Source: an uncultured bacterium
GTDB lineage: Bacteria > Krumholzibacteriota > Krumholzibacteriia > LZORAL124-64-63
Length of the DNA: 64,000 nt
Direction of reading: 5' to 3'
NCBI GenBank assembly: GCA_963727525.1
Contig: CAVSGO010000005.1
Span: 416,001-480,000 of the forward strand
Shown: positions 46,897-56,976 of the stretch, piece by piece
Layout of the letters: the number at the start of each line of letters is the position of its first letter
How positions within the stretch are numbered: the first letter of the stretch is position 1
Notes under the pieces: generated by a model
Database searches by the model: none
Told to the model about the DNA's origin: nothing
The model's input: the letters and a program-made list of their open reading frames with translations, nothing else
Position numbers and translations under genes: made by a program

Positions 46897-48435
46897 TTAC
46901 GACTCCTGGTTCTCGATCATGCCCACGGTGAGCTTCTTGTCCTGGAAGATCTCGGCGGCCACGCGCGTGATGTCGTCGGCAGTGACGGCGTCCATCTTCT
47001 GAACCTCGCGGAACAGGTTGTGCCAGTCGCCGGTCTCCATCTGATAGGTGGAGAGCTGGTCGGCGAGGCCCTCGTTGTCGTCGAGGCCGCGCAGGAAATT
47101 GGCCCGGGCGCGCTGCTTGACGCCGGCGAGTTCCTCGTCGGTAACACCATCGGCGACCAGGCGCGCCACCTCATCGCGCACAGAGGTTTCGAGATCGGAT
47201 GCCGTGACGCCCTTGGCCGGTACGCCGATCAGGGCGAGCAGGGTGCGGTACTGGTTGCCGGGGAAACCGGCGAAGCTCATGACCTGGACGGCCTGCTTGT
47301 CTTCCTTCACCAGCTTCTTGTAGAGCCGGCTCGTGCGCCCCTGGCCAAGGATGTCGGCGATGGCCCGGTAGACCGGCCAGTCGTCGCTGTGGATACTGTC
47401 GATCTGCCAGCCCATCATGAGGATCGGCTGGCTCTGGGAGGGCATATCCAGGCGGCGTTCGGCGATCTGATCGGGCTCGCGCGTCTCCTCCACCTCGGGA
47501 TGGCCCGCGGGGATCCGGGAGAAGTACTTGCGCGCCAGCTTCTCCACCTCGTCCGCCTTCACGTCGCCGACCACGGCGATGCAGATGTTCTTGCCGACGT
47601 AATTGCGATGGTAGAAGTCCGCGCAATCCTGGCGGCTGATGTTCTGCAGATCGGACATGTAGCCGATGGTGGAGTGATGGTATCCGTTGGCGATGAAGGC
47701 GAGATTCTGGAACTGCTCCATGAGCTTGCCGAACGGGCTGTTGTCGGTGCGCATGCGGCGCTCCTCGGTGACCGGCCCGTCCTTCTCGGTGTAGAACTCG
47801 CGCAGGACCGGGTCGGCCATGCGATCGCCCTCGAGGTAGGCCCACAGCTCGAGGCGATTGCTCGGGAAGCTGTAGTAGTACTGCGTCTGATCCACCCACG
47901 TGGACGCGTTCAGCCCCACGCCGCCGTTGCTCTCGACGATCTCGCCGAACTCGTTGCTCTTGACATACTCGCGCGCAGCGTCCTTGGCGTCGTCGAAGGC
48001 CTTCTGCAGCGCCGCCAGCTTGTCGGGGTCGGCCTTGTCGCGCTTCAGACGCTCGGTCTTGAGGGCCGCGAAGGCCGCATCCTCGGCCGCCATGGCCTTG
48101 GCCTCGGCCTTGGAGTCGGTGGTGCCGATGTCGTGGGTGCCCTTGAATGCCATGTGCTCGAGAATGTGGGCGATGCCGGTGATGCCACGCACCTCGTTGG
48201 CGCTGCCGACGCTCACGTAGGTGTGGAACGAGAACACCGGCACTTCCGGACGCTCGAGCACCAGGAAGGTGATGCCGTTGTCGAGCGTGAACGCGTGTAC
48301 CTGATTCTCGAGGCCGAGATAGGTCTGGTTCTGATCGGTCTGGGCCGTGGCCAGCGCGGCGCTCGCCACGACGACGCCGACCGTGATCACGGCCAGCCAC
48401 GCGCGCGTGGCCGACAAAGAGGTGAACCTGGGCAT
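46897..48435 (-). CDS. M16B zinc peptidase catalytic subunit
   Basis: GIAHILEHMAFKGT, NAST, EERRMR. Confidence 0.93.
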   Translation of the reverse strand: MPRFTSLSATRAWLAVITVGVVVASAALATAQTDQNQTYLGLENQVHAFTLDNGITFLVLERPEVPVFSFHTYVSVGSANEVRGITGIAHILEHMAFKGTHDIGTTDSKAEAKAMAAEDAAFAALKTERLKRDKADPDKLAALQKAFDDAKDAAREYVKSNEFGEIVESNGGVGLNASTWVDQTQYYYSFPSNRLELWAYLEGDRMADPVLREFYTEKDGPVTEERRMRTDNSPFGKLMEQFQNLAFIANGYHHSTIGYMSDLQNISRQDCADFYHRNYVGKNICIAVVGDVKADEVEKLARKYFSRIPAGHPEVEETREPDQIAERRLDMPSQSQPILMMGWQIDSIHSDDWPVYRAIADILGQGRTSRLYKKLVKEDKQAVQVMSFAGFPGNQYRTLLALIGVPAKGVTASDLETSVRDEVARLVADGVTDEELAGVKQRARANFLRGLDDNEGLADQLSTYQMETGDWHNLFREVQKMDAVTADDITRVAAEIFQDKKLTVGMIENQES

Positions 48436-48539
48436 GATGCCTCCGTGGAAATCCCCGACTCGGCGGGGGTCGACGCAGGTCCGGACGCCGCCGTTCCTGC
48501 GGTCACTCGAGTGATGGTGGCGTCGCCATGAACCCTGGC

Positions 48540-48568
48540 ACGCTAGCATCGACGCCAACCCCTGTCAA
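48540..48568 (-). promoter_or_regulatory. Sigma-70-type promoter of the M16 operon
   Basis: TTGACA-N17-TAGCGT. Confidence 0.55.
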
Positions 48569-49206
48569 AAAACCGCTTTGCGGCGAAGTTCCGGCCGGGA
48601 CGCGCTGAGGCACTCGCTCTGCGCGTCACAGAAACGCCAGGGCCGTTCGGCGGCCTGGCGTACGCCGATGCGTCCCGTGGCCTCCACAGCGGTGACCGGA
48701 CGCTCGGACGCACTGATCCACACCTGGATGTCCGCCGCGGCCCGCACGCGCCGACCGGCGAGGAATCGGCCGTTGCAGGCCCGCGTGACCCCCAGAGCCC
48801 GGCAGAGCCTGCCCGGCCCGCGGCAGAGGTCCCGCACGGGTCGCGGGCGCCCCGCGCGGGCTCCCATGAGCGGCAGCCCGGCCACGGGTTCGAGCGCCCG
48901 CAGCAACACGGCACCGGCCACGCCATCGCGCTCGGTCACGGCATTCAGGCAGTGGTGCATACCATAGACCATGTACACGTACGCCACTCCGGGCTTGCCG
49001 AACATGATGGCACTGCGCGGCGTCGGCCCCCGGCCGGCGTGCGACGCGGGGTCGTCGGTGCCGAGATACGCCTCGACCTCGACGATGCGTCCGCCCGCGA
49101 CCTCGCCGCACACCCGGGTCCAGAGCTGGCACCCCAGCAGATCACGCGCGACGGTCAACGTGTCGCGAGCGAAGAAGGCCACGGAAAGCGGCGCGGGTGT
49201 CGCCAT
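48565..49206 (-). CDS. DNA-3-methyladenine glycosylase (MPG/AAG family)
   Basis: IVEVEAY, YVYMVYGMHHCLN, VLLRALEP, GPGRLC, RIGV. Confidence 0.93.
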   Translation of the reverse strand: MATPAPLSVAFFARDTLTVARDLLGCQLWTRVCGEVAGGRIVEVEAYLGTDDPASHAGRGPTPRSAIMFGKPGVAYVYMVYGMHHCLNAVTERDGVAGAVLLRALEPVAGLPLMGARAGRPRPVRDLCRGPGRLCRALGVTRACNGRFLAGRRVRAAADIQVWISASERPVTAVEATGRIGVRQAAERPWRFCDAQSECLSASRPELRRKAVF

Positions 49207-50075
49207 CAGCCCCCCTGCCTGTCCAGCTCGCGCCGGCGCAGCAGCACCACGCCGAGGAACGTCGCCACCATCACGACGATGATGAGCACGACCCCCGACT
49301 GCCACGCGGGCATCGGCTGCCGCGCGAGGGCACGGTTGAGCAGGTCCTCGATGACGCCGCGAAGATCCTGCGCCGGCAGATCGGGCCAGTCGATGAGGTT
49401 GCGCAGGTGGAACCGGATGGTCCATTCCTGGATGCGCTGCGGGATCCCGCTGACCAGTGTTTCCCAGCCGAAGACGAAGAGGATCGCGACGAGCAGCGGG
49501 CGCTTCAGCCACGTGCCCACACACGCGAAGATCGCCGTGTACACCGCCGCGCCGAGCAGCACGACCACGGCCGCCATGAGGTAGAGCTTGATGAACGCGA
49601 GCGTCACCGCGCCGAAGCCGCCCAGCATGAGCATCACGAAGCACGTGGCCAGGGCCAGCACGAGCAGCCCGCCGGCCACCGCCTGCGCGGCGAGCAGCCG
49701 CCCCAGGTACAGGGCGCTCCGGCGGATGGGACGCGTCCAGTAGTAGACGAGCGTGCCGTCCTCGATGGGCTCACCGATCGCCGACGTGCCCACCGCCATC
49801 GCCACGACCGGGATGAGGAACGGGATGAGCAGGTTGCCGACGAGCATCGCCAGCAGGGACTCGGGCGCCAGCGCGACCGGCAGCCACAGCCGCGCGGCCA
49901 GAAGCAGGGCCACCGGCACCAGCATGAGCAGGGACAGCGACACCAGCCGGCGCCGGCGCGCCATCTCGCGCACGGCATAGAAGGCGATGATGGCGATGGC
50001 CGGCAAGCTTGGCATCGCCGCCGGCGCGGCCGGCGCGGTGGCGTTGCGGGGGGAGGTGTCGGACGCGATCGTCAT
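49206..50075 (-). CDS. ABC-2 type permease
   Basis: Six TMs; EDGTLVYYWTRPIRR. Confidence 0.88.
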   Translation of the reverse strand: MTIASDTSPRNATAPAAPAAMPSLPAIAIIAFYAVREMARRRRLVSLSLLMLVPVALLLAARLWLPVALAPESLLAMLVGNLLIPFLIPVVAMAVGTSAIGEPIEDGTLVYYWTRPIRRSALYLGRLLAAQAVAGGLLVLALATCFVMLMLGGFGAVTLAFIKLYLMAAVVVLLGAAVYTAIFACVGTWLKRPLLVAILFVFGWETLVSGIPQRIQEWTIRFHLRNLIDWPDLPAQDLRGVIEDLLNRALARQPMPAWQSGVVLIIVVMVATFLGVVLLRRRELDRQGG

Positions 50076-50082
50076 GCGGGCC

Positions 50083-51018
50083 TCAGCTCTCCGTCAGATA
50101 GGCGAACACGGATTCCAGGTCGTCGTCGAGCGTATGGATCTCCTCGATCGGCAGTCTCGCATCCAGCAGCCACTGCGGCAGGTGCCGGTAGAAGTCGAGA
50201 GCATGGTCGGTGCGTACCACCAGCCGGCCATCGCCAGTCAGCTCGGTGCCCACCACGTGGTCCTGGCGCGCCAGGTACGCCGCGAGATCGCGCAGGCGTG
50301 GCGAGCGCAGGGCCACCACCGTGGGATGCTCGGGGATGAGATCGCGGATCTCGGCAACGTCGCCCTCGGCCAGCACCTTGCCACGGTGGATGAGCACCAC
50401 GTTGCGCGTCATCTCCTCGACCTCCGGCAGGATGTGGCTGGAGACCAGCACCGTCTTGCCCGCCTGGCCGAGTTCCTGGATGAGCTGGATCGTCTGATGG
50501 CGGCTCACGGGATCCATGCCGTTGAGCGGCTCGTCCATGAAGAGGATGTCGGGATCGTGCGCGAGGGCCTGGGCGAGCTTCAGTTTCTGGCGCATGCCCT
50601 TGGAGTAGCCGCCGAGCTGCCGCCGTGCGGCATCGGTGAGCTCGAAGCGATCGAGCAGTTCCTGCGCGCGCCGCGCGGCCAGCGCCGCGGTGAAGCCATG
50701 CAACCGCAGCATGAGGTTGAGAAACTCGCGCCCGGTCATCCAGCCGGGCAGCGCGTCGCTCTCGGGGCAGAAGCCGATGCGGCGATACAGGCCGATGTGG
50801 CTGCGCAGCGGCTGGCCCTCGAGGTGCACGTCGCCGTGGCTCGGCGTGATGAGGCCGGCCATCAGCTTGAAGAGCGTCGTCTTGCCCGCGCCATTCTGCC
50901 CGAGCAGACCGATCACGCCCCCGCCGACGGACAAGGTGCAGCTGTTCACGGCCACGACCTCGCCGAACCACTTGCCGACGCGGTTGGCGGACAGGCGCGC
51001 CTGGCCCGCGCCGATCAT
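50083..51018 (-). CDS. ABC ATP-binding protein
   Basis: GQNGAGKTT, YSKGMRQK, DEP, SSH. Confidence 0.92.
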   Translation of the reverse strand: MIGAGQARLSANRVGKWFGEVVAVNSCTLSVGGGVIGLLGQNGAGKTTLFKLMAGLITPSHGDVHLEGQPLRSHIGLYRRIGFCPESDALPGWMTGREFLNLMLRLHGFTAALAARRAQELLDRFELTDAARRQLGGYSKGMRQKLKLAQALAHDPDILFMDEPLNGMDPVSRHQTIQLIQELGQAGKTVLVSSHILPEVEEMTRNVVLIHRGKVLAEGDVAEIRDLIPEHPTVVALRSPRLRDLAAYLARQDHVVGTELTGDGRLVVRTDHALDFYRHLPQWLLDARLPIEEIHTLDDDLESVFAYLTES

Positions 51019-51872
51019 ACCACCACCTCCACCGGCCGGATCTGCTTGCGCAGCACGAGGATCGCCCCGCCGGCCCAGAGCAGGCACACGCCCAGACTCA
51101 CCCACGGCGACACGTCCAGCCGCGGCGGCGCCGCGAAGAGCAGCGTGCCCGCGTTGTGGAACTGACCGCCGAAGTTGACGATCTGCATCGACTTCACGCC
51201 GACGAGCGAGAAGAGATTGCCCACGGCCTCGCTGCCCATGTAGAGCACCGTCCACCACACGACGATGAAGATCGTGCGCTTGCCCAGCGACGAGAACGCG
51301 AGCAGGACGAGGCTCACGATCACCCCGCTGGCGAGGCAGTAGACGAGCAGGCGTAACGGCGTGAGCAGCAGCACCTGCACGCCCGTGGCCGTGGGGTCGA
51401 CCAGATAGGCGAAGATGCAAAGAACCCAGGCGGGCACGAGAGTGACCGCGAGGTACCAGCCGAGGATGACCAGCCCCTTGCCGGCCACGTACGAGCTCAC
51501 ACCGAGCGGACGGGAGAAGTAGAGCGACAGCCCGTTCTCGCGCCGGTCGCGCGCGATGAGGCTGGCGCCGACGAGGGCCGTGAAGAGGAACACGAAGAAA
51601 CGCTGGCTCTCCACGTAGCTGAGGAATCCGCCCGGCGCGATGCTCGTCCACGCGCTGCCGGCGGCGAGGTCGAGGATCTGTCCTGCCTTGGCCTTGAAAT
51701 AGATGATGCCGCCCTTGACGATGGCCGGGATCCAGGACATGAACACGAGGAAGAGAAACGCCCGGCGTTGCAGCGGCGCCACGAGGCCGCGCCGCGCGAT
51801 GGCCCACCAGGGGGGATCGGCGGCGAGGCCAGACGGTGTCCAGTGCGTGTATCCGCGTTCGTAGACGGGCAT
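51015..51872 (-). CDS. ABC-2 type permease
   Basis: DRRENGLSLYFSRP; multiple TMs. Confidence 0.88.
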   Translation of the reverse strand: MPVYERGYTHWTPSGLAADPPWWAIARRGLVAPLQRRAFLFLVFMSWIPAIVKGGIIYFKAKAGQILDLAAGSAWTSIAPGGFLSYVESQRFFVFLFTALVGASLIARDRRENGLSLYFSRPLGVSSYVAGKGLVILGWYLAVTLVPAWVLCIFAYLVDPTATGVQVLLLTPLRLLVYCLASGVIVSLVLLAFSSLGKRTIFIVVWWTVLYMGSEAVGNLFSLVGVKSMQIVNFGGQFHNAGTLLFAAPPRLDVSPWVSLGVCLLWAGGAILVLRKQIRPVEVVV

Positions 51873-51875
51873 CGA

Positions 51876-52844
51876 TCAGTCTCCCTGGACCATGGCGTGG
51901 AAGTGGTCGGAAAGTGTCACCGGTTGCGGGCGCAGGCGGCGCAGCGCGTAGCCCACCGCGGCCGCCTCGGCAAGAATGGCATGCACGGCGGGCGCGGCAC
52001 CGTCGTCACCGCCGTCCTGAGCCGGCGGCAGACGGTCGAGCTCGAGCGTGACCAGCATGACGCGCCCCGACGTCTCGAGAGCGGCACCGAGCCGCCGCAG
52101 ACCGGCCTGGAACGCCTCGGCGGGGCCGAATCCCTCGACCTCGAAGACCTGCCGGCTGCCCGCGGGCCGGGCCGCCACCCCCCGGCGCGCCAGGAGTTCC
52201 CCCTGCCGCAGCACGAGGATCTCGTCGCACACCGCTTCGACATCGGCCAGCAGGTGCGTGGAGAGAATGACGCCGAGACCCTTGGCACGGGCGAGGTCAG
52301 CCACCAGCTCGAGGATGGCGGTGCGGCCGCCGGGATCCAGTCCGCTCGTGGGTTCATCGAGGAAGATCCAGCGCGGATCGTGCACGAGGGCCGTGGCGAG
52401 CTTGAGCCGCTGGCGCATGCCCTGGCTGTAGGTTTCACACTTGCGGTAGCGCTCGTCGCCCAGGCCCACGAAGTGCAGCACCTCGTGGGCGCGCTGCATG
52501 GCGTCGCGGCGCGGCAGTCCGGCTAGCTCCCCCATGTAAGCCACGAGCCCCACGCCGCTCATGCCAGGGATGATGCCGCCTCGCTCGGGCATCCAGCCGA
52601 GCCAGCGCCGGGCATGCTGCGCGGCGTGGGCCATGTCGTGCCCCAGCACGTGCACCCGCCCCGCCGGCAGGGGCACCTGGCCGAGCAGCACCCGCAGCAG
52701 GGTCGTCTTGCCCGACCCGTTCGGTCCCAGCAGGCCGACAGCGCCATGTTCGAGCGTGAACGTCACGCCACGCAGGACCGGTTCGCGTCGATACGCGAAG
52801 GTCAGATCCTGCACGCGTAGACTCGTGTCGGCGGTGTCGCTCAT
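51876..52844 (-). CDS. ABC ATP-binding protein
   Basis: GPNGSGKTT, YSQGMRQR, DEPTSGLDP. Confidence 0.92.
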   Translation of the reverse strand: MSDTADTSLRVQDLTFAYRREPVLRGVTFTLEHGAVGLLGPNGSGKTTLLRVLLGQVPLPAGRVHVLGHDMAHAAQHARRWLGWMPERGGIIPGMSGVGLVAYMGELAGLPRRDAMQRAHEVLHFVGLGDERYRKCETYSQGMRQRLKLATALVHDPRWIFLDEPTSGLDPGGRTAILELVADLARAKGLGVILSTHLLADVEAVCDEILVLRQGELLARRGVAARPAGSRQVFEVEGFGPAEAFQAGLRRLGAALETSGRVMLVTLELDRLPPAQDGGDDGAAPAVHAILAEAAAVGYALRRLRPQPVTLSDHFHAMVQGD

Positions 52845-52881
52845 GCGAATCTCCTCGAATCTGATACCGAGTCGGGCGCTC

Positions 52882-52908
52882 TACGCGATTGGTCGAGGCC
52901 GGGTTTCA
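52882..52908 (-). promoter_or_regulatory. ECF (sigma-W-like) promoter of the ABC operon
   Basis: TGAAAC-N17-CGTA, 38 nt upstream of the start. Confidence 0.6.
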
Positions 52909-54609
52909 CGCGGGCGACTCCTCGAGAAACGTGTTGTAGTCCTCGAACTCCTCCGCATGCAGGATCTCGCACACGTGCGCCGGCGTGTCGGCATGGAAAA
53001 CCAGCGACCGGATTCCCGGATCCGACCCGATCGAGCGTGCCAGTGCCGCCTGCACCTGCACATGCCGCTGCCGCTCCTGCGGGGGGATCACCAGCAGGAC
53101 GATGCAGTGCACCGGCTGCCCGTCGGGTGTCGGAAGATCCAGACCCGATTCGCTCACGGCCATGACACCGCACAGCCGGGTCACGCCCTCGATCTCGGCG
53201 TGCGGCACGAATAGTCCCCGGCCGATGCAGGTGGACATGGCCTCCTCGCGCGCGCGGACATCGGCCAGCACCGTGTCGCGGCTCACCCCGCCGAGCTGGT
53301 GCGAGCGCATGAGCAGATCGACGAGGGCCGTGACGGCCGTGTCCTTGTCGGCGGCCTCGAAGCCGGTGACGATGTTCTCCTCGTGCAGGAAGTCGATGAG
53401 CCGTGGCCTGTCCTTGCCGAGATCGCCGGAGTGGGCGAGGGCGATGCGGGTGGTCACCGGTCCGACGAGCTCGTTGATGGCCACCGAGGTCACGCCGACG
53501 GCCAGGAACAGCTCACCCACCGCGGCGAATTGCGGACTCTCGCGCAGCTTGAGCAGCAGCCCGACGGCCACGCCCGCCTGCGGGATGAGGGCCAGCCCGA
53601 GGTACCGCCGCAGCGCAAACGTGGCGCCGGACACCCGCATGCCGAGCCAGCCCGCCAAGACCTTTCCCGCGATCCGCGCGACCACGACGACCGCCACCAG
53701 GACCCCCGCCGGCGCCAGGTAGTGCAGATCGAGCTCGAGCCCCGCCAGGATGAAGAAGGTGGCCAGGATCGCGGGCTCGAAATTCGCGAACACGCGATGC
53801 CCGATCTCCTCCTTCGCCGGTGCGAGGTTCGCGATGGTGGCGCCGAGGCTGAGACAGGCCAGCAGGGGGGAGAAGCCGACGCTGTCCGCCGCCCCCACGG
53901 TGAGGAAAATGGACACGAGCGAACCGGTCGTGAGCCGGTCGAGCTGCACGACGTGCCGTGTCGCGAAGACAAGCACCGCGCCGATCCCGGCGCCCAGCAG
54001 CACCGCGCCGCCGAGCTGGATGACCGGCGAGAGCACCAGGGTCAACGGCGTGGCCAAGCCGAGCTTCTCGCTGACGCTCACCACCGCGAGCGCGACCTCG
54101 AAGAGCGCGATGCAGGCGATGTTGTTGAGTGCCACCCCCATCAGGAGCGTGGACACGAAGACGCCCCGGCTCCGCGTCTCGTTGATGATCGCCACGACAG
54201 TGGCCGGCGCCGTGGACACGGCGAGGGCGCCGATCAGCAATCCGAACGACCAAGACACGTCGCCGGCGATCCTCACCGCGAAGATCACGGCCAGGGGCAC
54301 GATGATGCATTCCGCCGCGAGCAGCCAGCGCAGGCGCCGCCCCGCGGTGCCCAGGCGGTGCAGGTGCAGATGGCTCCCCACCGCGACGGCAATGAGCCCC
54401 AGAGCGAAGTGCACGACGGGCCGTAAATTCTCGCCGACATCATGGGACAGCCAGCCCAGCGCCGATGGCCCCAGCGCGACCCCTGCGAGGATCTGCCCCG
54501 TCACCGACGGAAGGCGAAGTCGCTGCGCGAGTTGGCCCGCGAGCAACCCCACGGCGACGATCACGGCCAGCGCGAACAAGCTGTTGTCCCAGAACGACAC
54601 GGCAGCCAC
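52906..54609 (-). CDS. Cation:proton antiporter fused to a PTS EIIA domain
   Basis: LPSVTGQILAGVALGP, STAPA, PQAGVAVG; REEAMSTCIGRGLFVPH; start approximate. Confidence 0.9.
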   Translation of the reverse strand: MAAVSFWDNSLFALAVIVAVGLLAGQLAQRLRLPSVTGQILAGVALGPSALGWLSHDVGENLRPVVHFALGLIAVAVGSHLHLHRLGTAGRRLRWLLAAECIIVPLAVIFAVRIAGDVSWSFGLLIGALAVSTAPATVVAIINETRSRGVFVSTLLMGVALNNIACIALFEVALAVVSVSEKLGLATPLTLVLSPVIQLGGAVLLGAGIGAVLVFATRHVVQLDRLTTGSLVSIFLTVGAADSVGFSPLLACLSLGATIANLAPAKEEIGHRVFANFEPAILATFFILAGLELDLHYLAPAGVLVAVVVVARIAGKVLAGWLGMRVSGATFALRRYLGLALIPQAGVAVGLLLKLRESPQFAAVGELFLAVGVTSVAINELVGPVTTRIALAHSGDLGKDRPRLIDFLHEENIVTGFEAADKDTAVTALVDLLMRSHQLGGVSRDTVLADVRAREEAMSTCIGRGLFVPHAEIEGVTRLCGVMAVSESGLDLPTPDGQPVHCIVLLVIPPQERQRHVQVQAALARSIGSDPGIRSLVFHADTPAHVCEILHAEEFEDYNTFLEESPA

Positions 54610-54706
54610 GGTGCGGATCCTTCCCTCGGGTCTCGTCCTCGTCGATGGGCCTGGCTGTGACCGGCACCCGGAGCGTTCTGAAAACATGGTGGCGCAAGAT
54701 CGGGAA

Positions 54707-54735
54707 TTGAGATATCTCGAATACCATATTATGCT
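54707..54735 (+). promoter_or_regulatory. Sigma-70-type promoter
   Basis: TTGAGA-N17-TATGCT. Confidence 0.55.
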
Positions 54736-54813
54736 CTTTTCAGTGTTTCAGCCGCGCTTCCCGCGCACCACGCGCGCTTCGGGGTGTCCCATGACACCCT
54801 GGAAAGGTGGCTC

Positions 54814-55179
54814 ATGGCCCGAGTGCTAGTCATAGAAGACGACCCCGAGGTGAGGACCTACCTCGTCGCCGTGCTCACGCGCGCCGGTCACGAGGTCCTG
54901 GAAGCCGGCAACGGCAAGGATGGCGTGCAGGTGTTCAACGATGAGCCCTGCGAGGTGGTGATCACCGACATCATCATGCCGGAGAAGGACGGTATCGAGA
55001 CCATCCTCGACTTACGTCGGGATCACCCCAACCTCAAGGTCATCGCCATCAGCGGCGGCGGTCGATCCACGCCCGACAACTACTTGCACTCGGCGAAGCT
55101 CCTCGGCGCCGATCGCGCCATCCGCAAACCGTTCACGAACGAGGAGATCCTCTCGGCTGTCGCCGAGTTGACACCGTGA
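54814..55179 (+). CDS. Single-domain response regulator
   Basis: VIEDD, TDIIMPEKDG, ISGG, KPF. Confidence 0.93.
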   Translation: MARVLVIEDDPEVRTYLVAVLTRAGHEVLEAGNGKDGVQVFNDEPCEVVITDIIMPEKDGIETILDLRRDHPNLKVIAISGGGRSTPDNYLHSAKLLGADRAIRKPFTNEEILSAVAELTP

Positions 55180-55934
55180 CGGGTACCCGGCGCAATCCTA
55201 CCGAACGCGGGCTTCTGGCCGACCTCGCCCCACTGTTCGCGCTCCCACCACGGCAACGCGTCGTCCTGGTCGAGGAACTCGCGTCCTTTCTCACACCGCG
55301 GCGCCTCGCCAGGATCGACGCCGTGCTGGCGAACCGCACCCGCCATGTCACCATGGTGTGCGAGGACGTGTATCACCCGCACAACGCCAGTGCCGTCCTG
55401 CGCACCTGCGAGTGCTTCGGCGTCCAGGACGTGCATGTGGTCGAGGGTCTGCACCGCTTCCGCCCGAGCACGGACGTGGTGCGCGGAGCCGCGCGCTGGC
55501 TCACCATCCAGCGCTGGCGCCACCGCGAGGGTGACGACATCAGCACCTGCCTCGCGTCGTTGAAGGCACGGGGATACCGCATCGCCGCCACCGCCCCGGG
55601 CCATTCGGGAGAGACGATCGCCGATCTCGATCTCGCGAAACCAGTGGCGCTGTGCTTCGGCACCGAGGAGACCGGACTCAGTCCCGCCCTCCAGGAGCTG
55701 GCAGATGTCAGCATCTCTGTACCCATGCACGGCTTCACCCAGAGTCTGAATGTCTCAGTGACCGCGGCGCTCTGCCTCTGGGATCTCACGTCGAGGCTGC
55801 GGCGATCCAGCGTCGACTGGCCGCTGTCGGCCGAGGCCCGCGACGATCTTCGTCTCGCCTGGCTCGCGACGGAGAGTCCGCGCGCCCGCGCCCACGTGGC
55901 GACACTCCTCGCGCCGCGGACAGACGCCGGTTGA
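55176..55934 (+). CDS. SpoU/TrmH RNA methyltransferase
   Basis: PHNASAVLRTCE, FGTEETGLS, PMHGFTQSLNVSV. Confidence 0.92.
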   Translation: MTGTRRNPTERGLLADLAPLFALPPRQRVVLVEELASFLTPRRLARIDAVLANRTRHVTMVCEDVYHPHNASAVLRTCECFGVQDVHVVEGLHRFRPSTDVVRGAARWLTIQRWRHREGDDISTCLASLKARGYRIAATAPGHSGETIADLDLAKPVALCFGTEETGLSPALQELADVSISVPMHGFTQSLNVSVTAALCLWDLTSRLRRSSVDWPLSAEARDDLRLAWLATESPRARAHVATLLAPRTDAG

Positions 55935-55941
55935 CGGCCAA

Positions 55942-55980
55942 TAAAAAGTCCCTGATTTGATCCGATCAACGTGTTATGAT
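55942..55980 (+). promoter_or_regulatory. Putative sigma-28 promoter plus adjacent extended -10 upstream of rpfF
   Basis: TAAA-N15-TCCGATCA (55942-55968); TGtTATGAT (55972-55980). Confidence 0.5.
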
Positions 55981-56059
55981 TGAGGTGACATTCGTGTCGG
56001 CTCGTGGGGATGCTGGCCGCGCAACTGGATGAGAGCACCTTCGCTGGGGGGGCCGGCGC

Positions 56060-56959
56060 ATGTTCCTCAGACCCGACGGAATGCCAATCGCGGGCGATTA
56101 CGATCAGTTGCAGCTCCAATACGACGGCCAGCGGCGGGCGTTGTGGTATATCCTCGACCCCCATCACCGCCCGTGTTTCAACGGCGGCCTGCTGCGCGAA
56201 CTGCGCAGCTTCCAGGACGACCTCGTTCGCGCCAATGAAACCGCGATGGCGATGGGAGAAATCCCACCGGTACGCTATACGATCCTCGCGAGCGCGGTGC
56301 CGGGCGTGTTCAACCTCGGTGGCGATCTCGAGCTCTTCGCGAAACTGATCCGCGCTCAGGATCGCAGCGGCTTGCTCCGCTATGCGACCGCCTGCATCGA
56401 CGTGCTGTATCCCAACGCCGTCGGCTACCATCAGCCGGTGACGACGGTGACCCTGGTCCAGGGGGATGCCCTGGCCGGCGGATTCGAGGCAGCCATCTCC
56501 AGCAACATCGTCATCGCCGAGCGCAGTGCCCGTTTCGGGCTGCCTGAGGTGCTTTTCAACCTCATTCCCGGCATGGGCGCCTACAGCTTCCTGGTGCGCC
56601 GAGTGAGCCCGGACGTGGCCCGCGAGCTCATCATGAGCGGCAAGGTCCTCACCGCCGACGAGATGATGGATCTGCACCTCGTCGACCTCGTCGTGAACGA
56701 CGGTGAGGGCGTCGACGCCGTGAACGACTATCTGGCGCGCTTCCACAAGCGCGCCAACGCCCATGCCGCCCTGGAACGCGTCCGCCAGCTCGTCGATCCC
56801 GTGACCTACGAGGAACTTATCGCGATTACCAGGATCTGGGTCGATGCCGCGCTGAAGCTCTCCGAGCGGGATCTGAAGATGATTGCTCGGATCGTCCAGG
56901 CGCAGGATCGGGCCCTGGCGCGGCAGAACCGCCTCGAGGCGATGGAAGCCGCCGAATAG
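56060..56959 (+). CDS. rpfF: DSF synthase-like crotonase
   Basis: RPCFN, PGVFNLGGDLELFAKLIR..DR..L..YA..C, LVQGDALAGGFE, GLPEVLFNLIPGMGAYSFL. Confidence 0.88.
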   Translation: MFLRPDGMPIAGDYDQLQLQYDGQRRALWYILDPHHRPCFNGGLLRELRSFQDDLVRANETAMAMGEIPPVRYTILASAVPGVFNLGGDLELFAKLIRAQDRSGLLRYATACIDVLYPNAVGYHQPVTTVTLVQGDALAGGFEAAISSNIVIAERSARFGLPEVLFNLIPGMGAYSFLVRRVSPDVARELIMSGKVLTADEMMDLHLVDLVVNDGEGVDAVNDYLARFHKRANAHAALERVRQLVDPVTYEELIAITRIWVDAALKLSERDLKMIARIVQAQDRALARQNRLEAMEAAE

Positions 56960-56976
56960 GGCGCACCCACGCAGCC

